Source: Candidatus Yanofskybacteria bacterium (GTDB lineage Bacteria > Patescibacteriota > Minisyncoccia > 2-02-FULL-40-12 > GWA2-44-9). From it: 61,722 bases of DNA. The notes under the pieces are model-generated. The model did not search any database and was not told where the DNA came from. It saw only the letters and a program-made list of their open reading frames with translations. The position numbers were made by a program, and so were the translations under genes. The stretch covers positions 1 through 61,722 of the forward strand of contig JACPAB010000004.1 of assembly GCA_016181045.1 (NCBI GenBank), read 5' to 3'. How positions within the stretch are numbered: the stretch's first letter is position 1; each line of letters begins with the position of its first letter. Shown here piece after piece: positions 25,063 through 34,198 of the stretch.

Positions 25063-26283
25063 TTGGAGAGCAACGTGAAGACGATCAGAGTCCTTTTCTC
25101 GCTCATTTTTGTTGTTTTAGCCGGTTGCAACGACAGTATCAACAGATTAAATCCCGCCAGTCCCACTTCAATCTATCCGATCGGCGAAGGAAGCGTGGTC
25201 GGAAATTTGTCAGAAGCCGTTCGGGACTTATCTGCTCAAAGCGGTATTCCCGATAGAATTAACGGCGTAGAGTTTCTGGGCTTGCGTGGCTGGTTTGCCA
25301 ATATGTATCCCTGGGAATATCTACCGGAGCAGTCAACCGTTCATCCGGTACCTCGTTTGTGGACTCCCGGCCGGACACCTTCTCCGTTTCAGATGATGGA
25401 ACAATGCCGGCAGATAAAAGAGTTTGGCGGCGGAGCGGCTGTTCTCTTATATAACGGTAACTCCGGCCTGGACTCTTCGGATCATAACTATTGGTTGAGC
25501 AACGGTTTTGCCAACGGATGCGGACCATTTTTCCTTCTTTATGAACATATTAACGGTACGCGATTTATTCCCGCCGACGGCGGCCCCAAAGACATGAATA
25601 ACCCGTATAATCGTCAAGTATTTAAAGACGATATTGATTTCATGTTTAAAAATGTGATTGTTCCAAACCAGTCGCGATACGTTACCGTGAGCGGCCGGGC
25701 GGTTATTTATATGTGGTCATCAGTACAGATGACGGGTGATTTTGCCAGTTTGCTCGAAGAAGTTAAAAAGGACTATCCGGTATTTTTTATCGGTTCCGGA
25801 GAAGCGTGGTCCCGACCCAATGGCGCCGATAACATCGCCAGGGTTAAAGCCCTCGATGGGTTTATGGAATACACCCTTGGGGGCCATAATAATTACTTAA
25901 ACGCCGTGAGCGGTTATCGCCGGGCATCTTTTGGCTGGCGCGACTTTTTAAGAGAACTTGAGTCCGAAACCGGAAAAAGATATTTATTCATTTCCACTTT
26001 CCAGGCGGCGTATGACGATACAAAGGTAATTCCAAAGAGAAGTAATCCTCCGATGTACGCTCGCAATATCAACGAGGTTAAATATCACGCCGAATTGATC
26101 GCGGAAGGTATGAGAAACGATATATATAACTCGGCGGGGCCATTTGTAGTTTATAGCGAACTGCCCGAAGGCGCGGCGGTGATTGAATCTCAATGCCGCC
26201 CCGACACGCTCGATAAGTCGGGTTGGTTTGTCGGTTGCGGCGCGGCCCGTCTGAAGATACTCAAAGATTATTTTGGAAGATAA
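25063..26283 (+). CDS. hypothetical lipoprotein
   Basis: Signal peptide with lipobox (VVLAGC); 406 aa; no family recognised. Confidence 0.55.
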   Translation: MESNVKTIRVLFSLIFVVLAGCNDSINRLNPASPTSIYPIGEGSVVGNLSEAVRDLSAQSGIPDRINGVEFLGLRGWFANMYPWEYLPEQSTVHPVPRLWTPGRTPSPFQMMEQCRQIKEFGGGAAVLLYNGNSGLDSSDHNYWLSNGFANGCGPFFLLYEHINGTRFIPADGGPKDMNNPYNRQVFKDDIDFMFKNVIVPNQSRYVTVSGRAVIYMWSSVQMTGDFASLLEEVKKDYPVFFIGSGEAWSRPNGADNIARVKALDGFMEYTLGGHNNYLNAVSGYRRASFGWRDFLRELESETGKRYLFISTFQAAYDDTKVIPKRSNPPMYARNINEVKYHAELIAEGMRNDIYNSAGPFVVYSELPEGAAVIESQCRPDTLDKSGWFVGCGAARLKILKDYFGR

Positions 26284-26296
26284 GGAGACGAAGAAC

Positions 26297-27286
26297 ATGA
26301 ACATCGCGACGCGGATATCGCTAATTCTCATATCGTCTACGCTTTTATGTTATGGATATGGCGAAGCGGCAGAGCGCGGTTCCGCGCTCCACGAAGCGCG
26401 GGATGGTCAAAAAGAACAATCAGCAAAAAATCAGAGAGAACAGATTAAAAAGGTCCCGGGTTCAAGGAAATTATTCGCCGTTGATATGCCGCTTTTTCCT
26501 CTTTGGGAAACGGTATCCATAGATAGAATTATGAATGGCGCGATTTCAGCTGGACCGGCAGTTCATCCGTGGAGCGAGGTTTCTTCTTTTGGCGGTTGGC
26601 CGGTTCCGCGCTTAAATTTTTCCACGGACAACACTTTCTTTAGGACTGAAGGCGGAGTTATGAAGAACGCGGGAGGCGGGCATGAAAGAAATGCCGGTCA
26701 GATAAATATGGCTTTTGACGGAAGTGTCTGGTACGCGCTTTTGGGCGTTGACGCTCTGTTTTCTCAAGAAAAAGTATCCTCGGCGATCAGCGGCATTAAT
26801 TTCAACGCCGACTTCAGACGGCGCTCATACGGCGGTAAAGGATGGGTAGGAATTAAGATCGGAAGTTTTGCCGATGATTATATTGCCGTCCGGTATGCTC
26901 AAGGATGGATCGGGACGGAAGGGGATTCTCAATTTGTCGTTCCGGACGTGGACGGTATTGAATGGCAGCCGCTTTATCTGGAAGAATTTCAGACAAGAGC
27001 CGTTATCTTGGACGGCCAGGTAAGATTAAGCAGATTAAGCCAAAATGTTAGGGCAGAGAAGGTGGTTTATAAAAGGGTGAAAAGGTCAACCGACCCCCTT
27101 GTCTTTGGTGAAAATTATTTAGGCGATTTTACCGTCAGAAGTGAAACGGAACTTATCCCGCTCAAGAAACATGACTTGATAAGGATGGTTCTTGCTGGTA
27201 CGAAGGACTTCGGCGGAAATAATAAACTGTTATTCCAGAATGATTATTCGGCGGTTAGGATACTGTTGCGGATAGCGTTTAAATAG
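26297..27286 (+). CDS. hypothetical secreted protein
   Basis: TAAGGAG RBS 9 nt before ATG 26297; signal peptide MNIATRISLILISSTLLCYGYGEA. Confidence 0.55.
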   Translation: MNIATRISLILISSTLLCYGYGEAAERGSALHEARDGQKEQSAKNQREQIKKVPGSRKLFAVDMPLFPLWETVSIDRIMNGAISAGPAVHPWSEVSSFGGWPVPRLNFSTDNTFFRTEGGVMKNAGGGHERNAGQINMAFDGSVWYALLGVDALFSQEKVSSAISGINFNADFRRRSYGGKGWVGIKIGSFADDYIAVRYAQGWIGTEGDSQFVVPDVDGIEWQPLYLEEFQTRAVILDGQVRLSRLSQNVRAEKVVYKRVKRSTDPLVFGENYLGDFTVRSETELIPLKKHDLIRMVLAGTKDFGGNNKLLFQNDYSAVRILLRIAFK

Positions 27287-27318
27287 GCCTAAATTGGCCT
27301 ATTTTTTGTTTTGAGCCA

Positions 27319-27347
27319 TTGACTTAATTCTAAAAAGGGAGTATAAT
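27319..27347 (+). promoter_or_regulatory. sigma70-type promoter TTGACT-17-TATAAT
   Basis: TTGACT at 27319-27324 and TATAAT at 27342-27347 with 17-nt spacer, upstream of the 27426 gene. Confidence 0.65.
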
Positions 27348-27425
27348 ATAAATATAGTCAGGGTTTTGGCAGAGCATTCCGCTTTTGCCTAAACTCCCAA
27401 ACAACTAAAAACAAAGGAGTGAGCC

Positions 27426-27935
27426 ATGCGTACGATAGTCGTACTATTCTCGTTGGTGCTTTGGAGTGGAATCGCAGCTGCCCAGGATAATCCGAGCAAG
27501 ACCGAAGACGCGTTGTACCGCGCTTCGCAGGCAGCTCTCGTCGGCGGTCTGGTGCTGGATCTCTGGACGACGGTAAAGGCGATCAACGGCCCCCCCATCC
27601 ATGTCAGCTACCTTTACTGCCAGGATGGCAGCCAGACCTGCCAATTTCCAATGTTCGTTGAGACCACTTTCTCGTTCCGGGAGGTCGGTCCGGCGAGTTG
27701 GTTCGGCATTCAGAAGCCCGGTTCAATCGTTGCCGCGGGTGCGGCATTTGATGCCGGCATTCTTACGGCCAGCCACTTCCTGTACAAGAAGGGCGGTATC
27801 TGGCGCAAGGTTGCCATCGGTATTAACTTCGTCCTTGGCGGTTCTCATCTTGGTGCCGGTTTCGGCAACATCGACAAGATGAAGTCGTCAAAACTCGGAC
27901 TCGTGCCGGCGGGCGCGTTCAGCATCCGCTGGTGA
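27426..27935 (+). CDS. hypothetical secreted/membrane protein (GC-rich island)
   Basis: AAAGGAG RBS; signal peptide MRTIVVLFSLVLWSGIAAAQ; visibly higher GC than the flanks. Confidence 0.55.
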   Translation: MRTIVVLFSLVLWSGIAAAQDNPSKTEDALYRASQAALVGGLVLDLWTTVKAINGPPIHVSYLYCQDGSQTCQFPMFVETTFSFREVGPASWFGIQKPGSIVAAGAAFDAGILTASHFLYKKGGIWRKVAIGINFVLGGSHLGAGFGNIDKMKSSKLGLVPAGAFSIRW

Positions 27936-27962
27936 GGAGATTCACCATGAGGGGTATCATTC

Positions 27963-27990
27963 AGGACCGGTGCCGCGCCGGTCCTTTTTT
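27963..27990 (+). terminator. intrinsic terminator
   Basis: AGGACCGGTGCCGCGCCGGTCCTTTTTT. Confidence 0.85.
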
Positions 27991-28041
27991 GTTGTGGATA
28001 AGTTAAAATGATGCCGTAAAAGTTTAGGGTATAATATAACC

Positions 28042-28554
28042 ATGACAGGAGGAGAATTCTTAAAAGTTATCAGATTCGGCAGGGGGCTTGCGTATGCGGT
28101 GATAATTTTTGTGATCGCAGCCGGGTTTATTTGGGGTATTTGGCGATATGCTAATCGCGCGCAGAGTCATCAGTTCCAGGGACAAGTTGTAAAATTCAGT
28201 AATGATGAGCTGGAATTGTTTGGCGTTTATCTGATTGACGGTAAACCAAATATGTCAGATTTCGCAAACCCTAAAAATGTCAGAGTAAAAATTAATCCCA
28301 ACACCAAATTCGTGAAAACAGTTTTGTATATGCCGACCCGGGAAGAACTTAATACTTCAAAAGGAATCTGGGATCCGGCAAAGCTTAAACAGGAACGGCA
28401 AACCGGATCTTTAACTGATTTTAAGAATACCGAAGGTTTAGGGGTTGTGGTTAAAACCCCTAAAAACAGTATGGGGAACAGTATGCTTGTAGCATCGGAG
28501 ATTTCTTATACAGTTCAAATATATCCGGCGGAACCTCTTCAAAAAGCTCCTTAA
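28042..28554 (+). CDS. hypothetical membrane-anchored protein
   Basis: 170 aa with N-terminal TM helix; TATAAT at 28030-28035 only 6 nt before the ATG. Confidence 0.5.
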   Translation: MTGGEFLKVIRFGRGLAYAVIIFVIAAGFIWGIWRYANRAQSHQFQGQVVKFSNDELELFGVYLIDGKPNMSDFANPKNVRVKINPNTKFVKTVLYMPTREELNTSKGIWDPAKLKQERQTGSLTDFKNTEGLGVVVKTPKNSMGNSMLVASEISYTVQIYPAEPLQKAP

Positions 28555-28593
28555 AAACCGCGTTTTTATCCTTAAAACCGCCAAAGTGAGGTC

Positions 28594-28622
28594 TTTACAT
28601 TATTATGACAATATGATATAAT
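28594..28622 (+). promoter_or_regulatory. promoter TTTACA-17-(TGa)TATAAT
   Basis: TTTACA 28594-28599 and TGATATAAT 28614-28622; the leader carries two hairpins before the GAGGAGG RBS. Confidence 0.6.
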
Positions 28623-28683
28623 TAAGGCACTTAGTGCTTTTTGACATTTTCGCTCCCGCAAGGCGGGAGAGGAGGACAGGACA

Positions 28684-29214
28684 ATGAAGATGAACTTTTC
28701 GGTCGTCGTCTTTCTGGCGGTTCTTGCGGTGGCGTGCGGGAGAAATCCCATCGGTCCCACCGATTCCGGTACTTGGAAAAATCCAAACGGCGTCCCGGGC
28801 GGCTGGCCGGAAGGGACAAATCCCGCGCCAGATCCTAACGCCGAGCATTACATCTCGGCTGATGGTCTTATCGAAATGTATGTCAAAGGAATCTTTCCCA
28901 GCCGAGGTGGGACGGTCGTTCCTGGCCAGAGAGCGGAGATCTACTTCCAGGTGATCTACAAGGGAACTGATCAGTCGTTTGTGCTCATGCCGTCAGTTGT
29001 CGATAGCCCTTCGGACAAACCTGGTCAGCCCGGTCGAAATTCAGCAATTTTCAACGGTGGTACGGTTCTTCAGCCGGGCGCGAATAGGATGATTGTTTTC
29101 GGCACATTCTCCGCGCCGGTTGCCGAGAACATCCCCTTCGTTCGATTCTGCGCATACCGCGAAAGTCGCTTCTTGTCTTGGTGCGACATCAACGTTGAGG
29201 TAAACTGGCAGTAA
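28684..29214 (+). CDS. hypothetical lipoprotein (GC-rich island)
   Basis: Signal peptide with lipobox (LAVACG); 176 aa; hairpin plus T-run downstream. Confidence 0.55.
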   Translation: MKMNFSVVVFLAVLAVACGRNPIGPTDSGTWKNPNGVPGGWPEGTNPAPDPNAEHYISADGLIEMYVKGIFPSRGGTVVPGQRAEIYFQVIYKGTDQSFVLMPSVVDSPSDKPGQPGRNSAIFNGGTVLQPGANRMIVFGTFSAPVAENIPFVRFCAYRESRFLSWCDINVEVNWQ

Positions 29215-29298
29215 GGTCGCTCCTCGGGCCCCCATTTGGGGCCCCTTTTTGTTTATAACTTATTTGTTGTCCGGATGATTAAAAATTATAATAATACT

Positions 29299-31632
29299 AT
29301 GAGGAAGTTTGTCTTTTTAACTTTCGGATTACTATTATTTACCTCTTTTGTTTTTCATGTAAACGACCTATCTGCCACGACGGCCGGGCCTTCTTTTGGA
29401 AGCTTCCGATGCGACAACCAAAATGATGTTAAGGATTGTTATTTCAGCGTGCCCAGTCCGGATAGTAATTATCAGGCATATCAAGCGACGGTTTCATCGT
29501 TGGTGGACGAAATATTTACCAGTGATAATTCGAGCATTTTGGTTGAGGTTTGTATTGCCCAGAGTAATTCATGGCCCGGAAGCAATCCTCTTGGGTGCTG
29601 GACCCCGATACTTGAAAGTTTTGCTCAACCCCCACCGCCTCGATCTTTTTTTGGTACTGCCGGCCCAGCAGGCAATGGTAATCCAAGCAATCCCGGAAAC
29701 TGGGCGAACATACATATTAGAATTAAAGATGCGTACAGCAATACCAATGTTGCTGTTTTGGGTCGGAGGGTTTCCGTGGATGATTTTAGCGCTACGCCGT
29801 CAACTATTGACGCCGGTCAATCTACAACTCTTTCTTGGACCACTGACTGGGCGGAGAGTGTTTCCATTGACAATGGGGTGGGTTCTTTTCCTGGAGGGTT
29901 TGGAACCACCACCGGAAGCTCTGTAGTAACTCCCGGAATCACAACCACTTATACTGTTTCCGCCACGGGCCCCGGGGGATTTAATGGAGCATTCACTGAT
30001 ACCCGCGATACAACCGTAACGGTAAATAATCCGACCCATCTGGCGTGCGTAAGTAATACCTGCGCGGTTGTGGATGGCGCCGGGGCTGACCTGGACGGGT
30101 GCACTACCGCGGGTGCTTCCTGCGGCGGCGGAGGCGGACGCTACAAATGCACCGGTTCAGGCGATGGCTGCGCCTGGGATCCTAATGATTCAGGGCCAAA
30201 TCAATGCAGTCCGCCCAATGATTCGGTATGCATCCCACCGCCATCTTGCGGCAACGGCCAGATTGACAATGGTGAACAATGCGACGGCGGTAATCTTAAC
30301 AGCCAAACTTGTTCTTCTCTGGGTTTTTCCGGCGGTGGCGCATTAAGTTGCAATGCTAATTGCACGTTTAATACCTCGGCCTGCGTCACTGTCGGCCCGG
30401 GTCCTGGCACCGGCACTGTTCGCATAATAGCCAATGCGAATGACGGCTATTTTGTTGACGGTCCTGGTGGGGATGATTGGGGTTGGAATGGTTCAGCGGA
30501 TTTCCCCGGCCACCCGACCGGAACTTATTCGGTAAGTGCTCCGGGCGGAAGTTCAAGTCCGGCAAGCCAAACCTTAAATGCCGGCGCGACCATCACTTTT
30601 ACCGTAACCTTTGGCGGCGCTCCGCCGCCTCCTCCACCACCGCCACCACCACTGGCCGGCATTTGCGGAGACACAATATGCGACGGCGGGGAAACCTGCA
30701 GTACCTGCGGTTATGACTGCGGAGTTTGCCCGGCGCCCGGGGTAACCGTTGATCTCCTCGTCTCCCTTAATCAGCTTCCTTTCAACTACACCAACGGGCC
30801 GCTTACCATTAATCTCGGACAATCAGTCCATCTGTATTTCAGTTCCAACAACGCCGATAGTTGCGTGGCTGACTGGGTAGGGGCGGTGCCCACAATCTGG
30901 GAAAATACCCAGCAGCCCTCATCAACTACTACCTATGGAGTTCGATGCACCGGACCGGGCGGTTCGGCCACCGACTCGGTAACGGTTATAGTCAGCCAGC
31001 CGCCTAACAATCCCTCAAATGTAACCGTAACCGAACCAAACTACTGCGTCTCCGGACCGGCGGCGACAATCGGTTGGACATATTCTGATCCGCAGGGCAG
31101 CCCCCAGTCGGCATATCAGGTTCAGATAGACGACCAGGGCTCGTTCAACAGCCCGGAAGTTGACAGTGGTAAAATAAACTCCGGCTCTGGCTCATATTTT
31201 ACTGGCCAGGGATTACTCGCATTCAATACGACATACAGAGCAAGGGTAAGAGTATGGAACGGATATGACTCGGTTTCCGGGTGGACGACATCCAGCAGCT
31301 TCAAAACGCCCAACTTTGCCTACCCCCAGGTCAATTTCACCTGGACCTCCAACGGCATAAGCGAAAATCCGTCTCCGCCGATCGGCAAGGATGTGCAGTT
31401 CACGGACCAAACAGCATTCAGCGGACCTGTTCCGAATCGTGAGTGGAGTTGGACATTCGGTGACGGCGGTTCCTCAACCCAACAGAATCCGCTCAAGGTT
31501 TACAACGCCGAAGGCACATACTATGTAACCCTGACGGCTACCGACAATGCCGATCAGTCCTGCGCCCGAACCCGCGGCCCGCTCATCATCCAGAAACCGA
31601 TACCCCGCTGGAGGGAAGTCGCCCCACAGTAG
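29299..31632 (+). CDS. large secreted multidomain protein (Cys-rich repeats, poly-Pro linker, FN3-like and PKD domains)
   Basis: Signal peptide MRKFVFLTFGLLLFTSFVFHV. Cys-rich repeat CGNGQIDNGEQCDGGN...C. Run of 11 Pro. CGDTICDGGETCSTCGYDCGVC. FN3-like PSNVTVTEP...WTTSSSFKTP. PKD-like WSWTFGDGGSS...YYVTLTATDN. Confidence 0.7.
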   Translation: MRKFVFLTFGLLLFTSFVFHVNDLSATTAGPSFGSFRCDNQNDVKDCYFSVPSPDSNYQAYQATVSSLVDEIFTSDNSSILVEVCIAQSNSWPGSNPLGCWTPILESFAQPPPPRSFFGTAGPAGNGNPSNPGNWANIHIRIKDAYSNTNVAVLGRRVSVDDFSATPSTIDAGQSTTLSWTTDWAESVSIDNGVGSFPGGFGTTTGSSVVTPGITTTYTVSATGPGGFNGAFTDTRDTTVTVNNPTHLACVSNTCAVVDGAGADLDGCTTAGASCGGGGGRYKCTGSGDGCAWDPNDSGPNQCSPPNDSVCIPPPSCGNGQIDNGEQCDGGNLNSQTCSSLGFSGGGALSCNANCTFNTSACVTVGPGPGTGTVRIIANANDGYFVDGPGGDDWGWNGSADFPGHPTGTYSVSAPGGSSSPASQTLNAGATITFTVTFGGAPPPPPPPPPPLAGICGDTICDGGETCSTCGYDCGVCPAPGVTVDLLVSLNQLPFNYTNGPLTINLGQSVHLYFSSNNADSCVADWVGAVPTIWENTQQPSSTTTYGVRCTGPGGSATDSVTVIVSQPPNNPSNVTVTEPNYCVSGPAATIGWTYSDPQGSPQSAYQVQIDDQGSFNSPEVDSGKINSGSGSYFTGQGLLAFNTTYRARVRVWNGYDSVSGWTTSSSFKTPNFAYPQVNFTWTSNGISENPSPPIGKDVQFTDQTAFSGPVPNREWSWTFGDGGSSTQQNPLKVYNAEGTYYVTLTATDNADQSCARTRGPLIIQKPIPRWREVAPQ

Positions 31633-31634
31633 AA

Positions 31635-31666
31635 TAAAAAATCCTCCGACGTCTCGGAGGATTTTT
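31635..31666 (+). terminator. intrinsic terminator
   Basis: AAAAAATCCTCCGACGTCTCGGAGGATTTTT. Confidence 0.9.
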
Positions 31667-31704
31667 GGTTGACCGAAGCTATAAGTTTTAGTATTTTGAG
31701 CGGG

Positions 31705-32211
31705 ATGGAACTATTGTTTAAAAAGAATTATTTAACCCAGATAGAAAATTCCGTAAAAGGCGAGAACCACTTGTTTCGCAACTTTTTTGTGGAGAAAAAC
31801 GGGAAGGTGGAGGATTCGCTGGAAGATGGCAAAAACTCCTGCGCGGTTATGGTGTCCCACATACTCTATTCATTTAATTCTCTGTTAGAATTTCTGGGTA
31901 AAGAACATTGGATAAAGTTCATCCACCTCACCGTTGATTCAACCCAAAAAGACATGATTGAGCATGGGTGGCATAAGGTTGATGACCTGAAGCCGGGGGC
32001 AATCTTGGTCTGGGAGAAAAAATATGGCCGCAACGGAGAGCCCCATAATCATATCGGATTTTATATCGGCAATAACGAGGCGATAAGCAACTCTTCGAAA
32101 GGAACCGGCTTTCCGTGGAGACATCATATTACTTACGGTACCAATCCGGACGGCACGCCGGTGCGCAAAATAGAAAAGATCTATTGGCACCCGGAGCTTG
32201 ATAAGGGATAA
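31705..32211 (+). CDS. NlpC/P60-like cysteine peptidase family protein (tentative)
   Basis: NSCAVMVSHIL (Cys) and PGAILVWE...HNHIGFYIGNNEAISNSS (His) resemble the NlpC/P60 arrangement; ATG 31705 chosen because TTG 31669 abuts the terminator. Confidence 0.4.
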   Translation: MELLFKKNYLTQIENSVKGENHLFRNFFVEKNGKVEDSLEDGKNSCAVMVSHILYSFNSLLEFLGKEHWIKFIHLTVDSTQKDMIEHGWHKVDDLKPGAILVWEKKYGRNGEPHNHIGFYIGNNEAISNSSKGTGFPWRHHITYGTNPDGTPVRKIEKIYWHPELDKG

Positions 32212-32222
32212 ACAAAAATTTC

Positions 32223-33689
32223 ATGCCTAAAAGTAAAAAAATCGAGCAAATCTTCGAAGGAGCTACCTACGGCGATTTTTTGTTCAGGCCCCAGTTCAGC
32301 GTGGTAAAAAGCCGGAGAGATGTTGATCTCACGATGCCTCTGACCCGGAATATCCGGCTCAATGTCCCTATTGTCGGAGCCAATATGGATACGGTGACGA
32401 GGGAAAAAATGATGAAGACGCTTTCTTTGGAAGGATGTTTCGGTTTTTTGGACCGGAACTGTTCCATTGTCGAGCAGGCCGCCCGGGTAAAACACGTTAA
32501 GCGCCAGCACTCTTTTGTTATTGAAAATCCCATCATGATCCCAAGAAAGAATACCGTTGCCGATGCGGGAAAAATTTTAGAATCCCAGAACATAAGCACG
32601 TTGCTTGTGGAAGAGGGTCCCGGAAGCGGAACTTTGGCGGGCATTCTTACCCATCGGGACCTTCTTGCCGCACAGGGCAAAGAGTCGGAGCCCTTGGAAA
32701 GATTTATGACCCCTTTCAGAAAATTGGTCACGGCCTCGCCGAATATTTCCATGAATAATGCGGAAAACATGATGCTTGAGGAAAGGATAGAAAAACTGCC
32801 TCTGATAAATAAAAACAGAAAGATCACGGGCTTGATCACCATGCGCGACTTGCGTCTGGCAAAACAAAAACCCTATTCCACCAAAGATAAAAAGGGCCGG
32901 TTGATGGTTGGGGCGGCGATAGGAGCCGCCGGGGACTATATGGAGAGGGCCGATGCTTTGGTATCTGCCGGAGTCGACTGCGTCCTGATGGATGTGGCTC
33001 ATTCTCATTCGGATATTGTAAAAGTTGCGGTAAAGAAATTTAAGTCCAAATTCAAAAGCATGGACTTGATTTGCGGCAATGTCGCCACAAAAGAAGGTGC
33101 TAAGTTCCTGATGGATCTGGGAGCCGACGGCATTAAGGTTGGCATCGGTCCCGGCAGGGGTTGCCGGACACGGCTGGAGGTCGGCGCGGGCGTGCCCCAG
33201 CTTCAGGCGGTCAGAGAGGCCTATCTCGCCGTTCAGGGACGTGTTCCGATAATCGCCGACGGAGGGGTGGGCAACGACAAAGACATCGCTTTAGCCATAT
33301 TGTCGGGCGCATCGACAGTGATGTTGGGCAGTATGCTTTCCGGAACCGACGAAAGTCCCGGAATAGTTATAGAAGACCCCTCGACCAGAAGGAAAGTCAA
33401 AATGTACCGGGGGATGACCTCGGCTGAAGCGGTAATAGACAATTTTCTGAAAAGAGACCCCGAGGACGTTTTGACGAATTCCCAGGCCCAGGAAGGACAG
33501 TCGGTCACAGTTCCTTATGTCGGAAGCGTGACCGACGTTATAAAAAGAATTAAAGACCATCTTCGTTCGGCGGTAAGCTATGCCGGGGAAAAGGATCTGT
33601 ACGGCGCACATAAAAAAGTGTCTTCTAATCCTGCCGATTATTTTATCAGATTAAGCGACGCCTCAAGAAAAGAGTCGTTTGAAAGATAA
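32223..33689 (+). CDS. guaB: IMP dehydrogenase
   Basis: 488 aa; CBS pair in the N-terminal third; [24 protein letters not shown] catalytic loop; [37 protein letters not shown]. Confidence 0.85.
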   Translation: MPKSKKIEQIFEGATYGDFLFRPQFSVVKSRRDVDLTMPLTRNIRLNVPIVGANMDTVTREKMMKTLSLEGCFGFLDRNCSIVEQAARVKHVKRQHSFVIENPIMIPRKNTVADAGKILESQNISTLLVEEGPGSGTLAGILTHRDLLAAQGKESEPLERFMTPFRKLVTASPNISMNNAENMMLEERIEKLPLINKNRKITGLITMRDLRLAKQKPYSTKDKKGRLMVGAAIGAAGDYMERADALVSAGVDCVLMDVAHSHSDIVKVAVKKFKSKFKSMDLICGNVATKEGAKFLMDLGADGIKVGIGPGRGCRTRLEVGAGVPQLQAVREAYLAVQGRVPIIADGGVGNDKDIALAILSGASTVMLGSMLSGTDESPGIVIEDPSTRRKVKMYRGMTSAEAVIDNFLKRDPEDVLTNSQAQEGQSVTVPYVGSVTDVIKRIKDHLRSAVSYAGEKDLYGAHKKVSSNPADYFIRLSDASRKESFER

Positions 33690-33720
33690 AGAAAAATATG
33701 GTAGAATTTCTGGGTAATTT

Positions 33721-33796
33721 GGGGCCGTAGCGTAACCTGGATTATCGCGTCTCCCTGTCACGGAGAAGATTGCGGGTTCAAATCCCGTCGGCCCCG
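33721..33796 (+). tRNA. tRNA-Asp (anticodon GUC)
   Basis: Acceptor GGGGCCG/CGGCCCC, anticodon stem TCTCC/GGAGA with loop CTGTCAC, T arm GCGGG-TTCAAAT-CCCGT; 76 nt. Confidence 0.88.
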
Positions 33797-33817
33797 CAAA
33801 AATGCTATACTTCTCGC

Positions 33818-34174
33818 ATGAAGTGGTATGTTTGGATCATAATATCAGCCGTCATCCTATCTCTTTCAGGTCTGGCCATAATTTCCATAAAGCAGGACCC
33901 TTTTCAGTCGGGCCAACTCATAAAGTTTCTATTTTTCTGCTCTCTTTTCGTTTCAAGCTGGGGCTTCGGCGCACTTGTTCTTATGGGCCTGAAAAATGAC
34001 TTTCCGGCCGCCTTCAGAAGGGGATTGTTTCTGGCGCTCGTGGTATCTGGAACAATCATATTGAACCGGCTGCACCTATTGAACATATTCAATTTCTCAA
34101 TATTATTAGGAGTCATAGTGGCTATTGAGTGGTTTCTGACCAGAACATTTAACCCAAAAATTTCTAATTTCTAA
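33818..34174 (+). CDS. hypothetical membrane protein
   Basis: 118 aa, four hydrophobic helices; start moved to ATG 33818 to clear tRNA-Asp. Confidence 0.5.
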   Translation: MKWYVWIIISAVILSLSGLAIISIKQDPFQSGQLIKFLFFCSLFVSSWGFGALVLMGLKNDFPAAFRRGLFLALVVSGTIILNRLHLLNIFNFSILLGVIVAIEWFLTRTFNPKISNF

Positions 34175-34198
34175 TTACTAATTTCTAAATAATTTTCA

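Noticed and set aside
33770-33817. Upstream extension of the membrane-protein ORF, and the similar extension 7278-7388 of the GIY-YIG ORF
   Set aside because: Both extensions overlap tRNA genes (Asp and Glu). Internal ATGs give sensible N-termini.
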